This document shows, piece after piece, positions 1-8,884 of a stretch of DNA of 32,000 nt. This DNA is from Prochlorococcus marinus subsp. pastoris str. CCMP1986 (lineage in GTDB: Bacteria > Cyanobacteriota > Cyanobacteriia > PCC-6307 > Cyanobiaceae). The stretch lies in the NCBI RefSeq assembly GCF_000011465.1, contig NC_005072.1, forward strand, positions 480,001 through 512,000, given 5' to 3'. The notes below the pieces were generated by a model that was not told the DNA's origin, did no database searches, and was given only the letters and a program-made list of their open reading frames with translations. Every line of letters starts with the position of its first letter. The stretch's first letter is position 1. A program made the position numbers and the translations under genes.

Positions 1-61
1 CTAGAAAATAATTCAGTCATCTTTTTAACTAACATAACTTAACTCCTAATAAATTTTAGCT

Positions 62-1864
62 TTAAGAATTTTTATTGTACATTACTTTTGATTCGGAAAT
101 AAATTTCTCTAATAAATTTTTAGATGCTATTTTAATTTTACTTTTGCTTGATCTAGAGAAGAATTCTACTTCTTTATTAATTGAGTCTCTGCCAATAATT
201 ATTTGAAAAGGAATTCCAATTAAATCTGCATCTTTAAATTTGACTCCTGCTCTATCATCTCTGTCGTCAAGGAGAACATCGATTTGGTTGCTTATAAACT
301 CTTCATAAATCTCTTGAGTAAGTTCTTTTTGAATGGGATCTTTCAAATTAGTTGGAATAATTAAAATCTCAAACGGAGAAATTTGAATTGGCCAAGAAAT
401 ACCATTTTCATCATGATTCTGTTCAATTGCTGCCTGGGCTATCCTCGTTACGCCTATTCCATAACAACCCATCCATAAATTTTTCAATTGACCATTCTTA
501 TCAGAAAACTTTGCATTTAATTTCTCACTGTATTTTTGGCCTAATTGAAAAATATGTCCAATTTCGATACCTCTTTTTTCTTTTAATTCTTCATTACTTT
601 CCTGGCTGATGCAATCTCCTTTTTTTGCATTCCTTATATCTGATATTAAAAACTTTTTCTCAATAAATGAAAACGCACGGAATACTTTGTGAAAATCAAC
701 TTTATTACCACCACTCACAAAAATTGAAAGACTACTGGCGGAGTAGTCAGCGATTCTTATCCAACTTTTATCCCAACTGGAATTAATTTTTATTGTTTCA
801 TCATTTATGTCTGGCCCAATAAAACCTAATGGAAAATTAATTAGATTTTTATTAATAATGGCATTGTCATCGACTATTTTTAGGTGAATCAAGTTTGAAA
901 TATATTTTTTGTTTATCAAATTAAAAAGCTTGACTTCATTAATATTTTGATCTCCTCTAATACATGCGAGGATTGGGACTTCAGATTTATCTTCAAATTT
1001 TGCAAGGAATATAACGACTTTAATTATTTGACTTGCATCTAAATTATTATTTTGACAAATATCAACAATCGATTTTTGATTAGGGGTTTCTATCCATTCT
1101 TCATGGGACCTTATTAAAGGAATCTCTTTGGAGGGTAAAGAAACCGCTTTTTCAATATTGGCCGCATATGACCCACTCTCAGTAAATAAAATAGAATCCT
1201 CCCCGGCATCTGCTGTTACCATAAACTCTTTAGATGCTGCTCCTCCAATTGCTCCACTATCGGCATCCACCCCTACTGTATCTAATCCACAATTTTTAAA
1301 AATATTTTCATAAGCTTTTTCCATTTTTTCGTAAAAAGAAGCTAAATCTTCTTTTGAAGAGTGAAAAGAATAAGCATCCTTCATTATAAATTCCCTACTC
1401 CTCATTAATCCAAATCTAGGTCTTATTTCATCTCTAAATTTTGTTTGTATTTGGTAAAAACATAAAGGCAGCTGTTTATATGAATTTATCATTTCTGATG
1501 CAATACTTGTAATGACTTCTTCATGTGTAGGTGCCAAGCCAAATTCTTTTCCTTGTCTATCCTTTAAATTAAACATTATGCCTTCTCCCGCAGTGTAACC
1601 TTCCCATCTTTCACTTTTTTTCCATAATTCTGCTGGGTGGAGTTGGGGTAAAAGTAATTTCGAACAATAAATATTATTAAGTTCCTTTTCAATAATGGTA
1701 GATATTTTTTCGATTACTCTAAGCATTATTGGCATGTATGCATAGATGCCACTATTAACTCTGCGAATATAACCACCTTTTAAAAGTAATTGATGAGAAA
1801 TAATTTCTGCTTCAGAAGGAGTGTCGCGAAGGGTCCCCAGAGGAAATGAGGTAGTGACGCGCAT
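62..1864 (-). CDS. proS: prolyl-tRNA synthetase, bacterial type with editing-like insertion domain
   Basis: 600 aa ORF; class II aaRS features (GYTAGEGIMFNLKDRQGKEFGLAPTHEE, RFGLMRSREFIMKDAYSF, MGCYGIGVTR). Confidence 0.97.
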   Translation of the reverse strand: MRVTTSFPLGTLRDTPSEAEIISHQLLLKGGYIRRVNSGIYAYMPIMLRVIEKISTIIEKELNNIYCSKLLLPQLHPAELWKKSERWEGYTAGEGIMFNLKDRQGKEFGLAPTHEEVITSIASEMINSYKQLPLCFYQIQTKFRDEIRPRFGLMRSREFIMKDAYSFHSSKEDLASFYEKMEKAYENIFKNCGLDTVGVDADSGAIGGAASKEFMVTADAGEDSILFTESGSYAANIEKAVSLPSKEIPLIRSHEEWIETPNQKSIVDICQNNNLDASQIIKVVIFLAKFEDKSEVPILACIRGDQNINEVKLFNLINKKYISNLIHLKIVDDNAIINKNLINFPLGFIGPDINDETIKINSSWDKSWIRIADYSASSLSIFVSGGNKVDFHKVFRAFSFIEKKFLISDIRNAKKGDCISQESNEELKEKRGIEIGHIFQLGQKYSEKLNAKFSDKNGQLKNLWMGCYGIGVTRIAQAAIEQNHDENGISWPIQISPFEILIIPTNLKDPIQKELTQEIYEEFISNQIDVLLDDRDDRAGVKFKDADLIGIPFQIIIGRDSINKEVEFFSRSSKSKIKIASKNLLEKFISESKVMYNKNS

Positions 1865-2040
1865 AAAAGAAACTTATAAATTTAATCAATTTTATCAATT
1901 CAGGTGTAAAAAATATTTAAAGTGTCTTGAGTCCCTGAAGGCAGGTAGTTTAGATTTATCCTTTCTGCTAGTTTCTGCAATAATAAAACTTAAAATTTTT
2001 AAGTAAATTCATTAACCTGAATGACATTTTTAATAAAGTT

Positions 2041-2391
2041 ATGGAAAATATAGATTCTAATATTTCTAGTTCAGAAGAATTAGTTGGTATTGATGAAGTT
2101 CAGAAATTCCTTAACCGATCAAGAGCTTCTGTTTACAGGTACACAAATACAGATCTAAGAAATTTAAATCCTAGCTTTAACCCGAGAAAATTAAATCCTG
2201 AATATAGAACTGATCAGAAAGAGCCATTACGTTTCCACCCTAATGAAATTGCAAGATTTGCTAAGGATATTTTAAGAATTAAAGAAGTTACTGTCGAAGT
2301 TTTTAATTCTCCATCTTCAGCTGCACAAAATACTCTTTCTCAAATCCTTGAAGAATTAAAAAGTATTAGATCTTTGCTAGAAAAAAATTAA
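2041..2391 (+). CDS. small helix-turn-helix (resolvase/excisionase-like) DNA-binding protein
   Basis: 116 aa ORF with ATG start; 'VGIDEVQKFLNRSRASVYRYTN' resembles an HTH DNA-recognition segment; C-terminal amphipathic helix 'LSQILEELKSIRSLLEKN'. Confidence 0.7.
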   Translation: MENIDSNISSSEELVGIDEVQKFLNRSRASVYRYTNTDLRNLNPSFNPRKLNPEYRTDQKEPLRFHPNEIARFAKDILRIKEVTVEVFNSPSSAAQNTLSQILEELKSIRSLLEKN

Positions 2392-2477
2392 CTTTAAACT
2401 ATATTTTGATTTATGTACTTTTTGATTGTAAGATTATTCTGTTAAGTTTATTACTCAACTTTTAACAAGTAAATCTC

Positions 2478-2732
2478 TTGAGATACACAAATTCAAAGCG
2501 GTTTGTCAAAAGTAATTTAAGCGAAAAATCTTCTCTTATTACTATTTCAAGTGAATTGGAAAGAGATGATGATGACCCCTTAAGTATTAGGAGTTTATCA
2601 ATTTCGTTTCTTGGGATTATAATTGCCTCCCTGACAATATTATTGCCCTCAATTTGTATTTTGCTTGGTAGACCTTTATCTCAAGGAAATGAGATTACTT
2701 CTTTTCACTTAATTAAAAAAGATGGATCTTAG
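2478..2732 (+). CDS. small hypothetical membrane protein (one predicted TM)
   Basis: 84 aa ORF from a TTG codon; hydrophobic segment LSISFLGIIIASLTILLPSICILLG; its end overlaps the ppa start by 11 nt. No recognised family. Confidence 0.5.
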   Translation: MRYTNSKRFVKSNLSEKSSLITISSELERDDDDPLSIRSLSISFLGIIIASLTILLPSICILLGRPLSQGNEITSFHLIKKDGS

Positions 2733-3270
2733 TTTGATACCTCCATCTCCAATGAAGGGCATAGTTAATTTAGTTGTTGAAATACCAGCTGGTAGCAGGA
2801 ATAAATATGAATATTGTTCTCAAGCTGGAATTATGGAACTTGATAGGATTTTGCATTCTTCAGTACGCTACCCATTTGACTATGGCTTTGTCCCAAATAC
2901 CCTCGCTGATGATGGATCTCCACTAGACGCAATGGTAATTATGGATGAGCCAACATTCGCAGGTTGTCTAATAAAAGCAAGACCTATAGGTGTTTTAGAT
3001 ATGCATGACTGTGGGAAATATGATGGGAAACTTTTATGTGTTCCTATATCTAATCCTAGGCAAGAAAATATAATTAGCATTAATCAAATAGCACCTAATC
3101 AATTAGAAGATGTTGCAGAATTTTTTAGAACAAGCAAAGGTTTAGATGGAAGGACGGTTCAAATAGATGGTTGGAGAGATTTTGAAGTAGTTGAAGAACT
3201 TTTAAGAAAATGTACACCAAAAAAAAAGAAATCCTTTAAAGTTTTAAAAAAATCATCAATTGTTAAATAA
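2722..3270 (+). CDS. ppa: inorganic pyrophosphatase (family I)
   Basis: 182 aa; VVEIPAGSRNKYEY, YPFDYGFVPNT, DGSPLDAMV signatures. Confidence 0.96.
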   Translation: MDLSLIPPSPMKGIVNLVVEIPAGSRNKYEYCSQAGIMELDRILHSSVRYPFDYGFVPNTLADDGSPLDAMVIMDEPTFAGCLIKARPIGVLDMHDCGKYDGKLLCVPISNPRQENIISINQIAPNQLEDVAEFFRTSKGLDGRTVQIDGWRDFEVVEELLRKCTPKKKKSFKVLKKSSIVK

Positions 3271-3271
3271 A

Positions 3272-3628
3272 TTGAAAAGAGTAATTTTTTATAGCTATCC
3301 AAAATGCTCTACATGTAGAAAAGCATCTAAGTGGCTTGATCAAAATAATATTAATTATCAATTAATAGATATCGTTAAAGAACAACCTTCAAAAAAATTT
3401 TTGGAAATGGCATTAATACAATTTTCATTAGACATTAAGAAGATATTTAATACAAGAGGTAAGAGTTATAAGTCAATCGGTATTGATATTCTTGACTTAA
3501 CCCAAAAAAAAATTATTGAACTATTGTCAAATGATGGAAAATTAATCAAAAGACCATTCTTAATTATTAATGAAAGTAAATTAATACTTGGATTCAATGA
3601 GTCTGAATATATCGCAAACCTCAAATAG
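3272..3628 (+). CDS. ArsC/Spx-family thioredoxin-fold protein
   Basis: The ORF track starts at 3260 (TTG). A second TTG at 3272 gives MKRVIFYSYPKCSTCRKASKWLD, the canonical N-terminus with the CxxC of the ArsC/Spx/MgsR family. Start is uncertain between the two. Confidence 0.85.
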   Translation: MKRVIFYSYPKCSTCRKASKWLDQNNINYQLIDIVKEQPSKKFLEMALIQFSLDIKKIFNTRGKSYKSIGIDILDLTQKKIIELLSNDGKLIKRPFLIINESKLILGFNESEYIANLK

Positions 3629-3657
3629 ATATTTAATTTTATGTTTTTGTAAATTTT

Positions 3658-4344
3658 ATGAATTTCTCTTTTAAAAATATACTTCTTGAGTGGGGTCCAT
3701 TAATTCTCTTAGCTTTTTTTGTCTCTTCTTGCAGATCTTTTTTAGCAGAACCTCGTTACATTCCCTCTGGTTCAATGCTTCCTGAATTACAAATAAACGA
3801 TAGATTAATTATTGAAAAAATCTCCTTAAAAAATTCATCACCTCAAAGAGGAGATATTATTGTTTTTAAATCCCCTTTCTCTTTTGATGAAAAACTTGTT
3901 GCATCAAGATCTAATCCATTACCAAACAAAAGCTATTGTTTTTTTATGGGTTTTCCTCCAATGTCATTCATCCCTGGATTAAGAGATCAGGCTTGTGATG
4001 CTTATATAAAAAGAGTAGTAGCATTGCCCGGAGAATTAGTTAGTGTCAATATTAAAGGCGAAGTGATAGTTAATAATAAAAAGATTTTTGAGCCATATGT
4101 TATTAATTTTTGTTCAGAATCCTTTTTTAATAATTGCGGAGAATTTAAAAGTTTGAAAGTACCGAAGGATCATTTTTTGGTTTTAGGTGACAATAGATCA
4201 AATAGCTGGGATGGAAGATATTGGCCTGGAGGTAAATTTCTTCATAAAAAAGAAATAATTGGAAAAGCGTATTTTAGGTTTTGGCCTTTAAAGAATTTTG
4301 GGCTTTTTAAAAATCAAGCCCTACATGAATCACTTTCCCTTTGA
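3658..4344 (+). CDS. lepB: signal peptidase I
   Basis: 228 aa; N-terminal TM, YIPSGSMLPELQINDRLIIEK (catalytic Ser box), RVVALPGE, LGDNRSNSWDGRYWP boxes. Confidence 0.95.
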   Translation: MNFSFKNILLEWGPLILLAFFVSSCRSFLAEPRYIPSGSMLPELQINDRLIIEKISLKNSSPQRGDIIVFKSPFSFDEKLVASRSNPLPNKSYCFFMGFPPMSFIPGLRDQACDAYIKRVVALPGELVSVNIKGEVIVNNKKIFEPYVINFCSESFFNNCGEFKSLKVPKDHFLVLGDNRSNSWDGRYWPGGKFLHKKEIIGKAYFRFWPLKNFGLFKNQALHESLSL

Positions 4345-5560
4345 TTAATTTATTTTTCTTGGGAAAATTTGAAGGGGAATCATAACCTAAATTGATTTGA
4401 TTATTTATCCATTTTGTATCAGGGTCAAATATAAGCCATCTTTTACTGCCGATAGATAATTTCTCTTGCATTATTCCTAATAAATTAGAGGGATTAAAAC
4501 TTAAATATTTCCAAAGCATTGGGATTGGCCAATCTCGTTTGACTACAAATTCTTTCCACAATAATGGTAAAACTAATTCAAAAGAGCTTATCCCTGCGGG
4601 TCTATCATTTATGGGTATAAATATATCTTCATCGCTTAATGCCTTTGAGTTCACTGCAATTGCTTGAATTAAATCATTTTCTAAACCTTTTATTAAAAAT
4701 TCTCTATTTTCCTGAGAGCCCAAAGGGGGATCTACTTTCCACCCAAGATCATCAAACTCGAGATTATTTGTATCGGCTATTAAGCTCCACCAACTTATTG
4801 TTGTTGAAATTGGAATAGCATGTTTTTCTATTTCTTTAAGAGAATTTGAATCTGAGATATTTTTAATTACTATATTTTTATCTGGGAAAATATTCTTGAT
4901 TCCTAAAATATTTCTAACTTCTGCAATCTCATTATTATTGTCAATAATATAAAAACCTGATTGGAGTGTTTTTATGTCCTTATTTATAATTCCTTTCTGT
5001 AGTGAATTTTTTTTTGTTAACGAAAATAATATTGGTGATTTCTTCACTGCGTCTAAAGAAAGACCTTTAAAAATGATTGAGTTGTCAAAAAAGTTGCTAG
5101 TAGAGAGACCTATTGAACCTGATTTCAAAAGTTCACAATGGGGAGATAGTTTTTTGCCTTGATCTTCCAAACTTAAACTTCCCCAAAAATAAATATTTAA
5201 ATCAAAATCATAATTTTTCTGAAAGGGTATTTTTTCAGGATTATCTCTCCAGTTATTACTATTTGGAAGAAAGGCGATTGTACCAAAACCTGATTTCTTT
5301 GCTCTAAACTTTAAATTTTCTAGGTTATCATCAACTCCTGTTAAGGGATCTTCTAAAAATGAGTGACTATCTACAAGCATTGGAGCCAATATTTTATTAC
5401 CAGATTTAGAAATTTTAATATTCTTTTTTAACGCATCCTCTTTAGCCTTATTACCAAATGCTTCTATTTTGCCATCGATAATTAATAAATTATCTTTGAT
5501 AACTGTCGCATTGGAGCCCATCAAAATATTTATATTTTCAAAAAAAAAGCTTTTCCCCAT
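4307..5560 (-). CDS. dihydroorotase-like amidohydrolase-superfamily protein, probably non-catalytic
   Basis: 417 aa; architecture 'KILAPMLVDSHSFLEDPLTG' resembles the DHOase 'PGxxDxHVHxRxPG' region; AIAVNSKALSDEDIFIPINDRPAGISSFE corresponds to the 'AIATDHAPH...PxGixgxE' region, with metal ligands substituted. Confidence 0.8.
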   Translation of the reverse strand: MGKSFFFENINILMGSNATVIKDNLLIIDGKIEAFGNKAKEDALKKNIKISKSGNKILAPMLVDSHSFLEDPLTGVDDNLENLKFRAKKSGFGTIAFLPNSNNWRDNPEKIPFQKNYDFDLNIYFWGSLSLEDQGKKLSPHCELLKSGSIGLSTSNFFDNSIIFKGLSLDAVKKSPILFSLTKKNSLQKGIINKDIKTLQSGFYIIDNNNEIAEVRNILGIKNIFPDKNIVIKNISDSNSLKEIEKHAIPISTTISWWSLIADTNNLEFDDLGWKVDPPLGSQENREFLIKGLENDLIQAIAVNSKALSDEDIFIPINDRPAGISSFELVLPLLWKEFVVKRDWPIPMLWKYLSFNPSNLLGIMQEKLSIGSKRWLIFDPDTKWINNQINLGYDSPSNFPKKNKLIKGKVIHVGLDF

Positions 5561-5562
5561 TT

Positions 5563-6891
5563 TTAAAGAGCCCCGGATGCTGTTGAGTCCAGTATCCCAC
5601 CAAGATGTGTAGTAATATTCAAAGCACTAATTACATTATCTTTTTGAGGATCCTTAAAAAGATCAATAACAGTTATACCTCCATTACCTTGCTTTATCAT
5701 CCAGATATTAGAAAAATCAATTCCTAATAAATTACAAATAAGGGTTTTATTTACTGCATCATGTGCGACTAACAAGGTCAAATCTTTATTCTTTTGAGCT
5801 AAACATATTTCTTCCCAAGCCTTAACTGATCTTTCAGATACTTCTTTAATACTCTCACCCTCGGGCATTAGCACTTCTTCAGGTTTTTCATGCCAATTTT
5901 TAAGTAATTCTGGCCATTGTTGCTTAATTTCATTTTCTAATTTGCCTTCCCATAATCCATGGCTTATTTCTACTAAATTTTCAATCTTTTTTATTTCTAA
6001 ATCTGACTTGTTTTGAAGAATTATTTGTGCTGTTTCATATGGTCTATCCATTGAACTTGAAAAAGCTTTGTTGAAGTTAATTTCTTCTAAATATTTAGAG
6101 GCCTTTCCCGCCTGATCTTTCCCATTATTATTTAAAGGAATATTTATTTGTCCTTGAAATCGACCCTCTTTATTCCAGTTGGTTTCACCATGCCTAATTA
6201 AAAATATTCTTGAGTCTCCAATCTGATCAGGAATTCTTTTATCTAGATGAGAAGTTTGGTTTAAACATTCAATTTGTGTTTTATATGAATGTCTTTGCTT
6301 CACAATATTAAGGATGGAAAAAGAGGCATTATCTAACTTTATTTTTCTAAAACCTTTTTTAGGTTTTCCAATTAATAATAAAATTAAACATCTTAGGATT
6401 GCATTATGACCAATTATTAAAATATTTGCTTCTTGTTTTTCTAAATAGATTTTAAAAATACTTTTAATAAATTCATTTGCCTGCTCATATAATTCTTTAA
6501 TTGGTTGATACGTTGAATTATGAATACTCTCTAAAGTCAAATTTTCAGGATCATTTTTCCAAAGAAGATAGTCTTCTGGATACTTTTTTCTTATTTCATT
6601 AATAGTTAAACCAGACCATGAACCAAGATCAACCTCTAATAAATTTTTATCGTAAATAATATTATTTTCTCCTTTTAAGTTTTTCTGAATTGTCTTTGCA
6701 GTCTCTGCTGCTCTTACAAGTGGGGAAGAATATATCTTGTCAAAATTAATCCCTGATAATGCCTCTCCAGATTTAAGTGCCTGTTCGTAGCCTTTATCGG
6801 TTAAATATGAATCATCTGTCCTACCTTGAACTAAGCCTTTTTCATTAAAACTGCTAAGCCCATGCCTAACTAAAATTAATCTAATGCTCAT
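5563..6891 (-). CDS. tandem two-domain histidine phosphatase (phosphoglycerate mutase-like)
   Basis: 442 aa; two copies of the RHG motif (LVRHGLSSFNEKGLVQGRTD and LIRHGETNWNKEGRFQGQIN), each followed by a second catalytic His motif (IIGHNAILR and VAHDAVNK). Confidence 0.92.
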   Translation of the reverse strand: MSIRLILVRHGLSSFNEKGLVQGRTDDSYLTDKGYEQALKSGEALSGINFDKIYSSPLVRAAETAKTIQKNLKGENNIIYDKNLLEVDLGSWSGLTINEIRKKYPEDYLLWKNDPENLTLESIHNSTYQPIKELYEQANEFIKSIFKIYLEKQEANILIIGHNAILRCLILLLIGKPKKGFRKIKLDNASFSILNIVKQRHSYKTQIECLNQTSHLDKRIPDQIGDSRIFLIRHGETNWNKEGRFQGQINIPLNNNGKDQAGKASKYLEEINFNKAFSSSMDRPYETAQIILQNKSDLEIKKIENLVEISHGLWEGKLENEIKQQWPELLKNWHEKPEEVLMPEGESIKEVSERSVKAWEEICLAQKNKDLTLLVAHDAVNKTLICNLLGIDFSNIWMIKQGNGGITVIDLFKDPQKDNVISALNITTHLGGILDSTASGAL

Positions 6892-6912
6892 TATATAAAT
6901 TTTAAATTATAG

Positions 6913-6944
6913 TATTTTTATCATCTCATGGCGTGATAAAAATA
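6913..6944. repeat. perfect 11-bp inverted repeat TATTTTTATCA - TCTCATGGCG - TGATAAAAATA in a divergent intergenic region
   Basis: Left arm 6913-6923 is the exact reverse complement of right arm 6934-6944, with a 10-nt spacer. Lies between the phosphatase start (6891, minus) and the CPBP gene start (7009, plus). Confidence 0.85.
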
Positions 6945-7008
6945 GGTATATGATTATTAGAAATTTCAATGAAAACTAAATTAGGTTTTATATTTTATTA
7001 TTAATTAC

Positions 7009-8367
7009 ATGAATAAGAATATTTCTAAGACAAAACTATTTATAGCTTTTATTTCTCTAATCATAACTTTTTTTGTGTGGCAACAAGGGCTTCGAGATAG
7101 TCTCAGTCGACCATCAGTAAGCTTTGATATTAGTCAAAAAGAAAAAGAAATTACGGAATTAGCTTTACCTGCAATACCAATTAATTTAAGAAACCTTCTT
7201 ATTATTAATGATCCAATTGAGGATATTAATAATTCTCTTTCTGAGATTTCTTTTGATCAATTAACAGAAAGGAATCAATTGATTTGGCTAATTTCTTACA
7301 CGAACAATGAGATAAATATTAAAAAAGAGTACCCTAATACATTTGATAATAAAAATTATAAATTGGTAGTAGAAAATTTAAGTAAAAGTAATCTAGATAA
7401 TTCATATAAGCCTAATGATAATTTATTAGAGCTATTTAAAGATGATAGATTTCTATACCATTTGTTGAGCAAAAGATTTTCTTTTGATGAGAGTCAATTA
7501 ATAACAGATACACTTTCAAAAAAAATGTTTTTAAAAATAATAGCTATTAGATTATTACCTCTTTTAACAATAGTCCTTGGCTCTTTACTAGTTCTAAGGA
7601 CATTATGGAGTGTTTTAGCTTCAAGAAAAATTGAATGGAAAGAATTTAAACCCCTAGATTTAGATTTGTTAGATATGGTTTTGTTGATATCAGGAGGATT
7701 TGTCGTTTTAGGAGAAGTTATTTCGCCATTATTTTCAATCACTTTAGTTGAATTAGTGGCCTCTAATTTATCAATCGAATTGACACAATCATTAAAAATA
7801 TTTTTTGGCTATCTATTTATGGCAATACCCCCACTATTGATAATTTATTATCAAATAAAATCTTTTGAAAAAAAAATTATTTTTAAAAAAGATTATTTTC
7901 AATTCAATTTCTTACCGATAAAAGATTCTTTTTTTCAGGGATTTAAGGGGTTTTTAATGATAATTCCTTTTGTTTTGCTGGTGTCATTAATTATGAATCT
8001 TTTAGTTGATAATCAAAATGGGAGTAATCCTTTACTTGAGATCGTTTTAAATAGTAATAATTATGTTTCATTTGTACTTTTATTTTTAACAACTACATTT
8101 TTAGCTCCAATATTTGAGGAGGTTATTTTTAGAGGAGTTTTACTACCAATTTTATCAAGAGAATTTGGAATAATTTTAGGCATTACAATTTCTGCTTTTA
8201 TTTTTGCTCTGGCTCATTTGAGTATCGGTGAAATGATCCCATTGTTTACCTTGGGTATAGGGCTGGGAACTACTAGATTTATATCAGGAAGATTATCCTC
8301 TTCTGTGATTATGCATTCTTTATGGAATGGGATGACCTTTTTGAATTTGTTTCTGTTGAGAACATAA
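7009..8367 (+). CDS. CPBP-family intramembrane metalloprotease (CAAX protease / Abi-like)
   Basis: 452 aa multi-TM; LAPIFEEVIFRGVLLP (EExxxR), SAFIFALAHLS, VIMHSLWNGMTFL motifs. Confidence 0.9.
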   Translation: MNKNISKTKLFIAFISLIITFFVWQQGLRDSLSRPSVSFDISQKEKEITELALPAIPINLRNLLIINDPIEDINNSLSEISFDQLTERNQLIWLISYTNNEINIKKEYPNTFDNKNYKLVVENLSKSNLDNSYKPNDNLLELFKDDRFLYHLLSKRFSFDESQLITDTLSKKMFLKIIAIRLLPLLTIVLGSLLVLRTLWSVLASRKIEWKEFKPLDLDLLDMVLLISGGFVVLGEVISPLFSITLVELVASNLSIELTQSLKIFFGYLFMAIPPLLIIYYQIKSFEKKIIFKKDYFQFNFLPIKDSFFQGFKGFLMIIPFVLLVSLIMNLLVDNQNGSNPLLEIVLNSNNYVSFVLLFLTTTFLAPIFEEVIFRGVLLPILSREFGIILGITISAFIFALAHLSIGEMIPLFTLGIGLGTTRFISGRLSSSVIMHSLWNGMTFLNLFLLRT

Positions 8368-8452
8368 AGATTTAGCTATATTGCTTGCGAATAAATTAAA
8401 AAAATGTTTATTTGATTTATAACACTTTTTATATTTCTATTAATTCTAAGAG

Positions 8453-8884
8453 ATGAATATAAATAAGAATGAAAATTCTTTAAAAAAAAAACTTTATGAT
8501 GCTGATAAAATTACTTCAAAAAAAATAAAATTTTTTAATTTAAAATTTATTCATAGAATATTTGATAGCGTAAATATATCTTTATTAATTTTGATTTTTA
8601 TTTTATCTTTTATTTCTTTTAATAGTCAAAGGAAATGGACAAGCATTTATAAAAAATTATTAAAAACAAGAGCAAATAATAATAATCTTATTGACTATAT
8701 TTCTAAGACTGAAGAATTTTATATTAATAAAATTGAGTCCCTTAATACTTTAAAAAAAACAACTCCAAAAGATTTAATTTATCTTGATAAGCAAACTATA
8801 CAGAATAAAAATAATTATTTAAATAAAAAAATTAAATTTATTAAAGATGGATTAAAAGATAGTAAATATCAAAAAGGATATTAA
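8453..8884 (+). CDS. small bitopic membrane protein, FtsL-like topology and position
   Basis: 143 aa; basic N-terminus, one TM (SVNISLLILIFILSFISF), charged helical C-terminus. Its stop overlaps the ftsI ATG by 1 nt (TAATG). Confidence 0.75.
   Translation: MNINKNENSLKKKLYDADKITSKKIKFFNLKFIHRIFDSVNISLLILIFILSFISFNSQRKWTSIYKKLLKTRANNNNLIDYISKTEEFYINKIESLNTLKKTTPKDLIYLDKQTIQNKNNYLNKKIKFIKDGLKDSKYQKGY

Noticed and set aside
1821-2006. 61-aa plus-strand ORF overlapping the proS start
   Set aside because: Short, partly antisense to proS and composition not convincing; no motif.
7009-8367. CPBP/Abi-like protease as a possible phage-defence (abortive infection) gene
   Set aside because: The CPBP fold is widespread in housekeeping roles. 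No toxin, bacteriocin or defence partner is adjacent, so the name alone does not support a defence island.
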